Assembly: GCA_036558285.1 (NCBI GenBank)
Contig: DATBFW010000203.1
Span: forward strand, 2,631 to 66,630
Origin: Mycobacteriales bacterium
GTDB lineage: Bacteria; Actinomycetota; Actinomycetes; Mycobacteriales; CADCTP01
Direction: 5' to 3'
Length of the DNA: 64,000 bases
Below are positions 25,835-35,682 of the stretch, one piece after another (position 1 is the first letter of the stretch; every line of letters starts with the position of its first letter). Under the pieces are notes generated by a model, which was not told the DNA's origin, searched no databases, and worked only from the letters and a program-made list of their open reading frames with translations. A program made the translations under genes and the position numbers.

Positions 25835-26812
25835 TCACGGGACGGTGATGACGACCTTCCCACGCGCGTGCCCGCGCTCCACGTGGCGCAGGGCCTCCGC
25901 CGTCTCGGCCATCGGGTAGGTGCGGTCGATCACCGGGGTGAGCCGGCCGTCGTCGACGTAGCCGGTGAGCGTGAGCAGGTCGGCCCGGTTCGGCTTGGAC
26001 ATGAACGGCCGCAACCGCTGCCGGACGAACCGGTCGGTGGCGGCGGCGCGGGCGATCGGCCAGAGCGGCCCGATCACGTGGCCGGGCGTGCCGCCGGCGT
26101 TGAGCAGCAGGGTTCCGGTCGGGGTGAGGGCCCGGCGCACGCGGCCCAGCGGGTGGTTGCCGACGTTGTCCAGGATCACGTCGTAGCGCACCCGGCCGTC
26201 GGTGAAGTCCTCGACCGCGTAGTCGATCGCGCGCACGGCGCCGAGTGAGCGGACCAGCTCGCGATTGCCCGCGCTGCACACGCCGGTGACCTCCGCGCCG
26301 AGCGCCGTCGCGATCTGCACCCCGTACGTGCCGACGCCGCCTGCGGCGCCGTTGATCAGCACCCGGTGGCCGGCCCGCACCCGGCCGACGTCGCGCAGTC
26401 CCTGCAGCGCGGTCAGCCCCGCCATCGGCACGGCCGCGGCCTGCTCGACGCTCAGCCGGGCCGGCTTCGGCACCATCCGGTCGGCCCTCGCCCGCGCGTA
26501 CTCGGCGAGCGCGCCGGCGCAGAAGCCCAGCACCGCGTCCCCCGGGCGCAGGTCGCCGACGTTCGCCCCGACCGCGGTCACCTCGCCGGCGGCGTCGACA
26601 CCGGCCACCAGGGCGGCCGGCCGGCGCAGCCCCATCCCGCCCATCAGCCGGGCGACGAGCGGGTCGCCGCGCACCATGTGCCAGTCGTACGGGTTGAGGG
26701 CGACGGCGGCGACCCGCACGAGCACGTCGTCCGGGCCGGGCTCGGGCTGATCAACCTCCGCCAACCGCAGCACGTCCGGTGGACCGAACCGCTCCTGGAC
26801 GATCGCCTTCAT
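25835..26812 (-). CDS. MDR-family NAD(P)-dependent oxidoreductase (quinone-reductase-like, no Zn ligands seen)
   Basis: MKAIVQERFGPPDVL, NPYDW, INGAAGGVG, GHARGKVVI. Confidence 0.92.
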   Translation of the reverse strand: MKAIVQERFGPPDVLRLAEVDQPEPGPDDVLVRVAAVALNPYDWHMVRGDPLVARLMGGMGLRRPAALVAGVDAAGEVTAVGANVGDLRPGDAVLGFCAGALAEYARARADRMVPKPARLSVEQAAAVPMAGLTALQGLRDVGRVRAGHRVLINGAAGGVGTYGVQIATALGAEVTGVCSAGNRELVRSLGAVRAIDYAVEDFTDGRVRYDVILDNVGNHPLGRVRRALTPTGTLLLNAGGTPGHVIGPLWPIARAAATDRFVRQRLRPFMSKPNRADLLTLTGYVDDGRLTPVIDRTYPMAETAEALRHVERGHARGKVVITVP

Positions 26813-26853
26813 CGGGACTCCCGCACCGCTGTCGTGGCCAGAGGCGGTCAGGT

Positions 26854-28029
26854 CTAGCAGAGCCGGAGGAGGATCGCCTGCCCCTGGCCGCCGCCGCCGC
26901 AGATGGCCGCGACGCCGAGCTCGGTGCCGCGCAGGGTCATCTCCACCGCGAGCGTCTGCACCAGCCGGAAGCCGGAGGCGCCGAGCGGGTGGCCGAGGGC
27001 GACCGCACCGCCGTTGACGTTGACCCGCTCCGGGTCGAGGCCGAGGTCCCGGGCCGAGGCGAGGACGACGCCGGCGAACGCCTCGTTGATCTCCCACAGC
27101 CCGACGTCGGCCGCGGTGAGCCCGTGCCGCTTGAGCAGCAGCCGGCTCGCCGCCGCGGGCTTGAGGTGCAGCGACGCGTCCGGACCGGCGACCGTGGCCC
27201 GGTCGACGATCTCGACGAGGGGGTGCTGGCCGGAGCGCGCGGCGAGCTGCCGGCTCATCAGCACGCCGGCCGCGGCGGCGTCGGAGAGCTGGGACGCGTT
27301 GCCGGCGGTGATCGTGCCGTCCGCGGCGAACGCCGGGCGCAGCCCGGACAGCCGTTCGAGCGTCGTGTCCGGGCGGAAGCCCTCGTCGACGTCGAGCAGG
27401 CCGGGCACCGGGACGATCTCCCGGGCGAGCCGGCCGGAGGCGGTGGCCGCGGCCGCACGCCGGTGGCTGGTCAGCGCGTACCCGTCCTGGTCGGCGCGGC
27501 TGATGCCGAGCTCGCGGTTGGCCCGGTCGGAGATCGGCCCCATCCCCGCGTCGGTCAGCGCGCACCACAGGCCGTCCCTGACCAGCAGGTCGACCAGCGC
27601 GCCGTCGCCGGTCGACCGGGCCTGCCGGACCTGTACCCCGTGCAGCGCCCGGCTCATCGACTCGAACCCGCCCACGACCGCGCAGTCGATCTCGCCCGCG
27701 CCGATCAGCGTGGCGGCCAGGCCGGTGCTGGTCATCGAGGCAAGGCAGACGTCGTTGACGGTCGTGGCCGGCACCGTGGTCGGCAGTCCGCCGCGGATGC
27801 CGGCCACCCTGGCCGGGTTCTGCCCGCTGCCGGCCTGCACGACGTTGCCGAGGAACACGTGCTCGACCGGCACCGCCGGGTCGAGGCGGGCCAGCGCGCC
27901 GGCCACCGCGAGGCCGCCGAGGTCGAGCGCCGGGACGCCGGCGAGCGCGCCGCCGAACCTCCCGACCGGGGTACGGGCGGCGCTGACCAGCACGGCCGGG
28001 CGCGCCGCCGCCGCCCTGGGTCCGCTCAC
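26854..28029 (-). CDS. Acetyl-CoA C-acyltransferase (thiolase)
   Basis: ARTPVGRFGG, NDVCLAS, EINEAFA, GHPLGASG, ICGGGGQG. Confidence 0.95.
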   Translation of the reverse strand: MSGPRAAAARPAVLVSAARTPVGRFGGALAGVPALDLGGLAVAGALARLDPAVPVEHVFLGNVVQAGSGQNPARVAGIRGGLPTTVPATTVNDVCLASMTSTGLAATLIGAGEIDCAVVGGFESMSRALHGVQVRQARSTGDGALVDLLVRDGLWCALTDAGMGPISDRANRELGISRADQDGYALTSHRRAAAATASGRLAREIVPVPGLLDVDEGFRPDTTLERLSGLRPAFAADGTITAGNASQLSDAAAAGVLMSRQLAARSGQHPLVEIVDRATVAGPDASLHLKPAAASRLLLKRHGLTAADVGLWEINEAFAGVVLASARDLGLDPERVNVNGGAVALGHPLGASGFRLVQTLAVEMTLRGTELGVAAICGGGGQGQAILLRLC

Positions 28030-29159
28030 CTGGTCATCTCCTCGACGGCGATGCGGGCCGCGGACGGGCAGCCGGCGGTGAAGCCGTAGAATGGGCCGAA
28101 GTCGCGGGTCGAGGCGAAGCCGGTCACGTACAGCCCGGCCAGCGACGTCTCGAAACCCTCGGTCAGGTCGGGGAACCCGTCGGTCACCGACACCCGGTCC
28201 AGCACGCCGGCCAGGTAGGGGACGCTCGCCAGGTCGGCCCGGTAGCCGGTGGCGAACACGACGTGGTCCGCGGTGAGCACGGTGCCGTTCGAGAGGCTCA
28301 GCGTGACGCCGGCCCCGCCGGCGACCGCGCCGGTCACCTCGGCACCGGGGTGCCGGGTCACGACGTCCGGGGCGATGCGCGGGACCAGCCAGGGCTCCAG
28401 GGTGAGCCGGCCGACCCGCCAGAAGGTGAGCGAGATCTCCTGCTGCCGCTCGGCCGGCAGCCGTCGCCACCAGCCGCGGTGGGCCAGCGTCGCGTCGAGG
28501 TAGCCGTCGACGAAGGCCCAGCTGACCTTCGCGAAGTCGGGGACGGCGTGCCGGTGCACGACGTCCACCCGCTCGGCGCCGTGGTCGCGCAGCAGCGCCG
28601 CCCACTCGTACGCGCTCTGCCGGCCGCCGATGATCGCCACCCTGGCGCCGGCGAACCGGTCGAACGCGACGATCTCGCTGGTGTGCCCGCGCCGGTCCGG
28701 CGGCACCTCGGCATACCAGCCCGGCAGGTCGACGAAGTGCTGTATGCCCGGCGCCGCCAGCACCCTGTCGGCGGCGACCGTGGCACCGTCGTCCAGCGTC
28801 GCCACGAAGCATCCGTCCACTGTGGATAGATCCGTGACCAGCCGCTCGTCGACGTCGACGCCCGTGCAGCGGCGGAACCACTCGGTGTAGTCGAGGAAGA
28901 CGCCGATCGGGATCGGGTCGAGCTGCTCCGGCCGCAGGCCGCGGTCCTCGAAGTACGCGGCGAACGTATGCTCGCCGGTGGCGTCGAGGTGCCAGTTCGG
29001 ACCGGAGCGCAGGTACATCCCGGCCGGCATGTGCTCGCGCCAGAACGACATCGGGCGGCCGACGACCGTGGTGTCGATGCCGTTGGCGCGGGCGAAGGCG
29101 GCGGCGGCGCAGGCGTACGGCCCCGCCCCGATGACCAGCAGGTCCGTCCGAGCCGACAT
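28026..29159 (-). CDS. FAD/NAD(P)-dependent oxidoreductase, class B flavin monooxygenase-like
   Basis: IGAGPY, IIGGRQSAYE, FATGY motif; GTGA-coupled to the thiolase. Confidence 0.88.
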   Translation of the reverse strand: MSARTDLLVIGAGPYACAAAAFARANGIDTTVVGRPMSFWREHMPAGMYLRSGPNWHLDATGEHTFAAYFEDRGLRPEQLDPIPIGVFLDYTEWFRRCTGVDVDERLVTDLSTVDGCFVATLDDGATVAADRVLAAPGIQHFVDLPGWYAEVPPDRRGHTSEIVAFDRFAGARVAIIGGRQSAYEWAALLRDHGAERVDVVHRHAVPDFAKVSWAFVDGYLDATLAHRGWWRRLPAERQQEISLTFWRVGRLTLEPWLVPRIAPDVVTRHPGAEVTGAVAGGAGVTLSLSNGTVLTADHVVFATGYRADLASVPYLAGVLDRVSVTDGFPDLTEGFETSLAGLYVTGFASTRDFGPFYGFTAGCPSAARIAVEEMTR

Positions 29160-29234
29160 GGCATCCCCCGAGGATCCGGCGCAGCCCGACCGTACCTCCG
29201 ATCGCCGGGACACGGACCGGATCGGGATCGCGCG

Positions 29235-29253
29235 CTATCCCGGGCCGATGACG
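29235..29253. promoter_or_regulatory. Regulon box CTATCC-cgggc-CGATGA(CG)
   Basis: Lies between the divergent FAD oxidoreductase and DUF3500 genes; 1 mismatch to consensus. Confidence 0.6.
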
Positions 29254-29263
29254 GCGCGCTACG

Positions 29264-30427
29264 GTGCGGCCCGTGGGGCTGCGCGCGCAGGACGTGTCCC
29301 CGGCCCGTGCCGTCGCGGACCGGATGGCCGAGGCGGCCCGGAGCTGGCTCGACGGGCTCGACGACGGGCAGCGCCGGATCGCGACCGGGGCGGTGCCGGC
29401 CGGCGACGCCTCCGACGCCGAGCGGCAGCGCTGGTTCTACACGCCCACCGATCACGGCGGCCTGACCATGCACCAGCAGCGGCCGGCGCAGCAGCGCGCG
29501 GCGATGCGGCTGGTCGCCAGCGGGCTGTCGACCCCGGCGTACGTCACCGTCGCCACCGTCATGGGCCTGGAGAACGTGCTGGACCAGGCCGAGGGGTTCC
29601 TGGCCCGGTTCGACCGGGAGCGCGGCCGCGACCCCGGGCTCTACTACCTGCGGGTGTTCGGCGAGCCGGGCGGCTCGGCGCCCTGGGGATGGCGGTTCGG
29701 CGGGCATCACGTCTCGCTGAACAACCTCGTGGTCGGCGGCGAGGTGGTGGCCACGACCCCGTGCTTCCTCGGCGCCGACCCGGCCGTCGCACCGCTGCTC
29801 GGCGGCGCGGCGCTGCGGCCGCTCGCGCAGGTCGAGGACCTGGCCCGGGACCTGGCCCGGTCGCTGCCGCCGGAGCTGGCCACCCGGGCCGTGCTGCTGG
29901 ACCGGGCGCCGTCGGACCTGGTCACCGCCAACCGCAGCCGGATCGAGCCAGGCAACCGGGTGATACCGCTGACCGGGATCTGGCGGGGCGCCTTCCCCGA
30001 CCCGGACGAGCAGGCGAAGCTGCAGGCCACCAGCGACGCGATCGACGCGGCCGCCGGGTACGACGACGCCGACCACGGCGTGCTCGCGTACACCGCCGCC
30101 CCGAAGGGGGTGCCGGCGCTCGAGCTCGACGGCGCCCAGCGGGAGATGCTGCGGCTGCTGCTGGGCGCCTACCTCGGTCGGGTGCCGGACGGTGTCTGCC
30201 CGCTCGACCGCTACCGCGACGACGCCGCGCTGGACGCGGTGCACTTCGCCTGGGCCGGCCCGACCGAGCCGGGCGCGCCGCACTACTACCGGCTGCAGGG
30301 ACCGCGGCTGCTGGTCGAGTGGGACAACACCCAGCGCGACGCCAACCACGCCCACTCCGTCTGGCGCGACCCGACCGCCGACTTCGGTCTGGACGTGCTC
30401 GCCGCCCACCGCGCCGCCCACCACTAA
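29264..30427 (+). CDS. DUF3500 family protein (start may be ATG 29324)
   Basis: WFYTPTDHGG, WGWRFGGHHVSLN, HYYRLQGPRLLVEWDNTQ, NHAHSVWRD. Confidence 0.9.
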   Translation: MRPVGLRAQDVSPARAVADRMAEAARSWLDGLDDGQRRIATGAVPAGDASDAERQRWFYTPTDHGGLTMHQQRPAQQRAAMRLVASGLSTPAYVTVATVMGLENVLDQAEGFLARFDRERGRDPGLYYLRVFGEPGGSAPWGWRFGGHHVSLNNLVVGGEVVATTPCFLGADPAVAPLLGGAALRPLAQVEDLARDLARSLPPELATRAVLLDRAPSDLVTANRSRIEPGNRVIPLTGIWRGAFPDPDEQAKLQATSDAIDAAAGYDDADHGVLAYTAAPKGVPALELDGAQREMLRLLLGAYLGRVPDGVCPLDRYRDDAALDAVHFAWAGPTEPGAPHYYRLQGPRLLVEWDNTQRDANHAHSVWRDPTADFGLDVLAAHRAAHH

Positions 30428-30454
30428 CGGGCCTGATCGGGCGGCGGTACGGAC

Positions 30455-31078
30455 TCAGCCGAGGATCAGGCCGACGGCGACGACGGCCATGATGACGGCG
30501 ATGGCCGCGTCGAGCGCACGCCAGGCGGCGGGGCGGGCGAAGAGCGGACGCAGCGCCGTGGCGCCGGCACCGAGCGCGCAGAACCACAGCGTGCTCGCGG
30601 TGGCCGCGCCGGCGGCGAACCACCAGCGCTGGCCGCCGCGGTCGGCGGCCACCGACCCGAGCAGCACCACCGTGTCGAGATAGACGTGCGGGTTGAGCCA
30701 GGTGAACGCGAGGCAGGTCAGCACCACGGGGACGAGCCCGCGCCGGACGACCGCGGCGTCCTCCGCGCGCAGCGCGGCGCGTTCCCGCGGGCGGACCGCG
30801 CGCCGTGCCGCGAGCAGGCCGTAGCCGAGCAGAGCCGTCGCGCCGACGATGCGGACCGCGGTGATCAGCGACGGCAGCGCGGCCAGCGCCGCACCGGCGC
30901 CCGCGACGCCGGCGGCGATGAGCACGACGTCGGATCCGATGCAGACCGCGACGACCGCGGCGATGTGGTCGCCGAGCAGGCCCTGCCGCAGGACGAACGC
31001 GTTCTGCGCGCCGATCGCGACGATCAGGGCCAGGCCGAGTCCGAGGCCGGCGGCCGCGGCGGCTGCGGAGGAGGACAC
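30455..31078 (-). CDS. lysE: LysE/ArgO amino acid exporter
   Basis: AIGAQNAFVLRQGL, TWLNPHVYLDT. Confidence 0.92.
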   Translation of the reverse strand: MSSSAAAAAAGLGLGLALIVAIGAQNAFVLRQGLLGDHIAAVVAVCIGSDVVLIAAGVAGAGAALAALPSLITAVRIVGATALLGYGLLAARRAVRPRERAALRAEDAAVVRRGLVPVVLTCLAFTWLNPHVYLDTVVLLGSVAADRGGQRWWFAAGAATASTLWFCALGAGATALRPLFARPAAWRALDAAIAVIMAVVAVGLILG

Positions 31079-31148
31079 GTCGCCACGGTAGGCAGCCGGC
31101 TTCCTGAACCCCAGCTTGAGAAACTTCAGCACCATTAGCCTGGCTCAT

Positions 31149-32030
31149 GTGGACTTGGAGCTCGACCAACTGCGGACGCTGGCGGCGATCGTGGATCACG
31201 GCAGCCTCGACGCCGCCGCCCGGGTGCTGCACGTGACGCCGTCGGCGGTCAGCCAGCGGCTGCGGGCGCTGGAGTCCGCCGCCGGGCGGGTGCTGCTCGT
31301 CCGCAGCCGGCCGGTGCAGCCGACCCCGGCCGGCGCCGCCCTGGTCAGGACCGCCCGGCAGGTCGAGCTGCTGCTCGCGGACACCACCGAGGAGCTGACC
31401 GGGACGGCCGCCGACCCGGCCCGGCCGGTGCTGGCGGTCGCGGTCGGCGGCGACTCGCTGAGCACCTGGGCACTGCCGGCGCTCGCGGCGGTCGCGGACG
31501 TCGCCTCGCTGCACGTCCGCCGCGAGGACGAGACCCGCACCAGCACGCTGCTGCGGGAGGGCACCGTGGTCGCGGCCGTGACGACCGAGGCCCGCCCGGT
31601 CCCCGGCTGCCGGGTGATCCGGCTTGGGGCGATGCGCTACCGCCCGGCCGCGGCGCCGGCGTTGGCCGAGCGCTTCTTCCCGGCCGGCGTCACGCCCGCC
31701 GCGCTCGCCCGGGCGCCGGTCGTCACCTTCGACTACGCCGACGACCTGCAGCACGCGTACGTCCGCCGGCACGGCCGGGACCTCGACCCGCCGAGCCACC
31801 AGGTGCCGTCCTCGGCCGACTTCCTGGCCGCGATCCTGCTCGGCATGGGCTGGGGGATGGTGCCCGACCTGCAGTCCGCGCCGCACTTCGGGACCGGGGC
31901 GCTGGTCGAGCTCGACCCGGGCGGCCCGGTCGACGTCGTCCTGCACTGGCAGCGCTGGGCGCTGCGGATCGCGGCCCTGGACGCGCTGACCGACGCGGTC
32001 CGGGCTGAGGCGCGCCACCAGCTGGTCTGA
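31149..32030 (+). CDS. lysG: LysR regulator, LysG/ArgP subfamily
   Basis: LHVTPSAVSQRLRALE, LLVRSRP; divergent from lysE, the classic pairing. Confidence 0.9.
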   Translation: MDLELDQLRTLAAIVDHGSLDAAARVLHVTPSAVSQRLRALESAAGRVLLVRSRPVQPTPAGAALVRTARQVELLLADTTEELTGTAADPARPVLAVAVGGDSLSTWALPALAAVADVASLHVRREDETRTSTLLREGTVVAAVTTEARPVPGCRVIRLGAMRYRPAAAPALAERFFPAGVTPAALARAPVVTFDYADDLQHAYVRRHGRDLDPPSHQVPSSADFLAAILLGMGWGMVPDLQSAPHFGTGALVELDPGGPVDVVLHWQRWALRIAALDALTDAVRAEARHQLV

Positions 32031-32033
32031 CCG

Positions 32034-32609
32034 CTACCCGTCCTTGCGCCACTCGTCGGCCAGCAGCGCGTAGCCGAGACCGTCCAGCCACCGGCCGGAC
32101 CGGTGCAGTGACTCCTGGACGGTGTGGACCTCCCGACGCATCCCGACCCGCTCCATGAGCCGCCAGGAGGCTTCGTTGTCGGCGAAGCAGTTCGCGGTCA
32201 CCCGGCGCAGGCCGAGGTCCTCGAAGCAGATCCGGATCAGCTCCCGGACCGCCTCGGAGGCGTAGCCGTGGCCGCCGTGGTCCGGGTCGAGCACCCAGCC
32301 GAGCTCGGCCTGCACCTTCTGCGCCTGCTCCAGGACCTCCGCCTGCGCCCAGCCGTCCTCGACGGTGACCATCAGGTCGCCGACGACCTCGCCGCGCAGC
32401 TCGACGACGAGCGTCTTGGCCAGCATGTGCGCGGCCTCGAACTGCCCGCGGTAGTCCTCGACGGTCCGGGGCGCCCTGATCAGCCACCGGCTCACCTCCT
32501 CGAGCCGGCGGTAGCGCCAGGTGGGCAGGAGGTCGGCGGTGGTCGCCGGGCGCAGCGTCAGCCGCGCGGTTCCGACCGGCCACGCGACCCGATCGAGCGG
32601 AGCTGCCAC
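32034..32609 (-). CDS. RimJ/RimL-type GNAT acetyltransferase
   Basis: TARLTLRP, ELGWVLDPDHGGHGYASEA, NEASWRLMERVGM. Confidence 0.92.
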   Translation of the reverse strand: MAAPLDRVAWPVGTARLTLRPATTADLLPTWRYRRLEEVSRWLIRAPRTVEDYRGQFEAAHMLAKTLVVELRGEVVGDLMVTVEDGWAQAEVLEQAQKVQAELGWVLDPDHGGHGYASEAVRELIRICFEDLGLRRVTANCFADNEASWRLMERVGMRREVHTVQESLHRSGRWLDGLGYALLADEWRKDG

Positions 32610-32650
32610 GGCCCCATCATGGCAGCCGGCACCGGATGGACCGGATGGTG

Positions 32651-34120
32651 TCAGAGGCCGGACTGCACCTCGATGCGGCCGGTGTCGGCGGCGACCTTGA
32701 GGGAGGCGTAGTCGCTCTCGTTGAGGTCCGCGTACGCCGAGGCGAACTTCGCGATCGCCCGGTCGAACCCGTCGGTCTCGCCCAGGTACGACGCGATCGC
32801 GACCCGGTCGCCGGAGCGGGCGTGCGCGCGGGCCAGCGTCCACCCGCAGAGCGCGCCGTAGACCGCCATCCCCTCGGGCACCATCTGCTCCGGGGGCAGC
32901 GACATCTTCCAGTCCCGCAGCTGGCGCAGGTAGTAGTCGCGGTCGACGGTGTCGACCCCCTTGGTGCGCTGCCAGCCGAGGAAGATGTCCGAGCTGGCCT
33001 GCATCAGCCGCTGGCCGGAGACCACCCGCTGGCCCTGGTTCGCGTACAGGCTGCGGCCGGCGTACTCCTCCAGCACCGAGGACTGTGCCTCCTTCGCCTG
33101 CAGGATGATCGGGTCGTTGTGGTCGATGCCCTCCAGCAGCAGGATCCAGGCCCTGGTCCCGACGCTGCCCACGCCGACCACCTTGCGGGCCATGTCGACC
33201 AGCCGGAACTGCTCGAGCAGGTGCCGCCGGTCGGTCGTCAGCGTGCGGCGGTACGCGGACAGCAGCGCGCCGAGCCGCCGGAACACCTCCTCCGCCTCCA
33301 GCTCCGGGAGCAGCTCGGTCACCGGAACGATCAGCGGCGGGTCGCTGACGATCCTCGCCTTGCCGTCGACGATGGTTGTGAGCTTCTCGAACGCCTGCAG
33401 GTTGTCCCTGGTCCTGGCCTTGGCGACCAGCTTCTCGGTGCGCGCGACCCGGTCCGGCCGCAGCAGCGGCTTGATCCTGGCCAGCTCGCTGTCGATGTCC
33501 AGGTGCGCGTACCAGACGTCCAGGTGGGACTGGTCGGCGAAGCCGCGCACGGCCTCCCGGTAGGACCGGGTCGCGGCGAGGACGACCGACTTGCGTTCCT
33601 TGCGCTTGAAGCCGTTCTCCCGGCCGGCCACCTCCAGGCTCGCGGCCAGCCGCTTCACGTCCCACTCGAACGGGCCAGGGAGCGTCTCGTCGAAGTCGTT
33701 CACGTCGAAGACCGCGTGCCGCTCCGGCGAGGCGAACATCCCGAAGTTGGACAGGTGCGCGTCACCGCACAGCTGGGTCCGTAGCCCGGTGGTCGGCGTG
33801 CCGGCCAGGTCGGCCGCCATGACCAGGGCCGCGCCGCGGTAGAAGGTGAACGGCGAGACGAGCATCCGCCCGTACCGGATCGGCACCAGCTCGGGCACCC
33901 GGCTGGCCGCCTGCCGTTCGAGCAACTCGACCGGATCGGCCCGCAGCGGGGACGTGTCGAGCACGGCGTGCGACTCCAGCGGGACTTCCGTGCGGGTCGC
34001 GAGGCCCCGGGCGACCCGGTCCGAGCGGCTGGCCGGTGGGCCTGGGGTGGACCGCCGGACCCGGCGCGCAGCAGGGTCGGTCACCTCGACCGTGGTCAGG
34101 ACGTCGATCTGCTTGGCCAC
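32651..34120 (-). CDS. DUF2252 family protein
   Basis: RYGRMLVSPFTFYRGAA, CGDAHLSNFG, FDVNDFDE, KVVGVGSVG, YLRQLRDWK. Confidence 0.95.
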   Translation of the reverse strand: MAKQIDVLTTVEVTDPAARRVRRSTPGPPASRSDRVARGLATRTEVPLESHAVLDTSPLRADPVELLERQAASRVPELVPIRYGRMLVSPFTFYRGAALVMAADLAGTPTTGLRTQLCGDAHLSNFGMFASPERHAVFDVNDFDETLPGPFEWDVKRLAASLEVAGRENGFKRKERKSVVLAATRSYREAVRGFADQSHLDVWYAHLDIDSELARIKPLLRPDRVARTEKLVAKARTRDNLQAFEKLTTIVDGKARIVSDPPLIVPVTELLPELEAEEVFRRLGALLSAYRRTLTTDRRHLLEQFRLVDMARKVVGVGSVGTRAWILLLEGIDHNDPIILQAKEAQSSVLEEYAGRSLYANQGQRVVSGQRLMQASSDIFLGWQRTKGVDTVDRDYYLRQLRDWKMSLPPEQMVPEGMAVYGALCGWTLARAHARSGDRVAIASYLGETDGFDRAIAKFASAYADLNESDYASLKVAADTGRIEVQSGL

Positions 34121-34170
34121 GCGAATCCCCCCTTCCCCGGTCACCGTCCGCGCCGGACGAGGCTCCGTCA

Positions 34171-34187
34171 CCATCCGTCGTGGATGA
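34171..34187. promoter_or_regulatory. Regulon box CCATCC-gtcgt-GGATGA, probably bidirectional
   Basis: 22 nt to GACGGT on the minus strand (towards DUF2252) and 22 nt to AAGGAT on the plus strand (towards ClC). Confidence 0.7.
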
Positions 34188-34249
34188 GCGACCGCGTTCA
34201 TTCGCAGTGAAGGATGCGGCGCCGCTGGCGCCCCCGGGAGGGTGAGTGC

Positions 34250-35563
34250 GTGACGGCGGCGCCCGGGCAACCCCTAGCAGTGCCGGTCACCCAGAAGCGG
34301 GAGTTCTGGGTCCTGCTGGCATACGCGGTGGTCCTGGGCGTGTTCGGCGCGTTCGCCGCGCTGATCTTCGTCGGAGTGATCACGCTCGGCGGCAAGTGGT
34401 ACAGCGATTCCGACCCCGGCTGGTTCGGCGGGCACTGGTGGTGGGTGGCAATCGCCGTGGCGGCGGGGATCGTGGTCGGGCTGGTGCGTCGCCTGACCCG
34501 GCTGCCCTGGAAGACCCCCGGCCTGTTCGACGACCTGCAGACCGGCAGCGTCGAGGTCGGGCTGGTGCCGGGGATCGCGGCCGTCTCCGCGGTGTCGCTG
34601 ATCGGCGGGGCCAGCCTCGGTCCGGAGAAGGCGCTCGGATCGATGGGTGGCGGGCTCGGCACCTGGATCGCTCGACGACGAGCGCTCAAGGCCGAGGACG
34701 CCGGGGTGACTACCCTGGCCGGGTTCGCCGGCGCCTACGGCGGGCTGTTCTCCGCCACCCTGATCGTGGTGATGCTGATCATGGAGATCGCCCGCCCGGG
34801 CGGCCAGCGGTTCGCGAAGGCCCTCGCGGCGCAGATCGTGGCCTCGAGCGTCTCCTTCGCCATCTACTTCGTCATCGCCGGCGCCGTGTTCCTGGACTAC
34901 TACCAGGTGCCGCAGTACGAGTTCAAAGACTGGCATCTCCTCGCCGGGATCCTTCTCGGCATATTCGCGGCCATCCTGGTGACGGTGCTGGCCGCGATCA
35001 CGATGGCCGCGGCGCGCCTGTTCGACCGGGTGAAGATCCCGGACATCGCCAAGTCGGTGCTGGGCGCAGTGGTCTTCGGGGTCGTGGGAGTGGCTCTGCC
35101 GCTGACCATGTTCAGCGGCGGCGACCAGCTCAAGACCGTGCTCAGCGGCGCGGGGACCCTGGGCCTCGGCCTGCTCGTCGCCACGCTCATCGGGAAGATG
35201 CTGGCCTTCGGCGTCAGCCAGGGCAGCGGTTTCGTGGGCGGACCCATCTTCCCGTCGCTGTTTATCGGCGGAACGGCCGGTGTCGTCGTCCACCACGTCA
35301 TCCCCGGGGTGCCGCTGGGCCTGGCGTTCGCCTGCGTGCTCGCGGCCACCCCGGGGGCGCTGGTGGCCGCGCCGTTCACGATGGTCCTGCTGTCCGCGTT
35401 CCTGACCCAGATCGGGGCGCTGGAGACCGCGCCGGTCCTCATCGCCGTCTTCACCGCCTTCCTCACCATGGAAGGCGTGAAGTACTTCCTGGCCAGCCGG
35501 CGGCAGGCGCGCGCGGCCGCGGCGAAACCGCCGGCGGGGGCGGAGCCGGCGCCGCCGGGTTGA
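34250..35563 (+). CDS. ClC-family chloride channel/antiporter (YfeO-like)
   Basis: GGASLGPE (gating Glu retained), GFVGGPIFPS; no CBS domains. Confidence 0.88.
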   Translation: MTAAPGQPLAVPVTQKREFWVLLAYAVVLGVFGAFAALIFVGVITLGGKWYSDSDPGWFGGHWWWVAIAVAAGIVVGLVRRLTRLPWKTPGLFDDLQTGSVEVGLVPGIAAVSAVSLIGGASLGPEKALGSMGGGLGTWIARRRALKAEDAGVTTLAGFAGAYGGLFSATLIVVMLIMEIARPGGQRFAKALAAQIVASSVSFAIYFVIAGAVFLDYYQVPQYEFKDWHLLAGILLGIFAAILVTVLAAITMAAARLFDRVKIPDIAKSVLGAVVFGVVGVALPLTMFSGGDQLKTVLSGAGTLGLGLLVATLIGKMLAFGVSQGSGFVGGPIFPSLFIGGTAGVVVHHVIPGVPLGLAFACVLAATPGALVAAPFTMVLLSAFLTQIGALETAPVLIAVFTAFLTMEGVKYFLASRRQARAAAAKPPAGAEPAPPG

Positions 35564-35682
35564 CGGCGGCCGGCACGTCACGCCGCGCCGCACGCGGCGG
35601 ACGCCGGACACGGCCAGCTGGCGCAGCCCGATGGGCGCCGTGGCGGGTTGAGGCAGGCTCGCGCGAATCGTTAGATTTCCTC

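Noticed and set aside
32632-32649. Direct repeat CCGGATGG-A-CCGGATGG as a regulon box
   Set aside because: It has half-sites only, in direct orientation, pointing into the DUF2252 3' end rather than at a promoter.
34121-34249. Fluoride (crcB) riboswitch upstream of the ClC gene
   Set aside because: The GGCGATGG...GCTGATGAC core is not present, and the ClC lacks the CLC-F signatures (GNNLI, GREGT, GEVTP). An Infernal search against Rfam would settle it.
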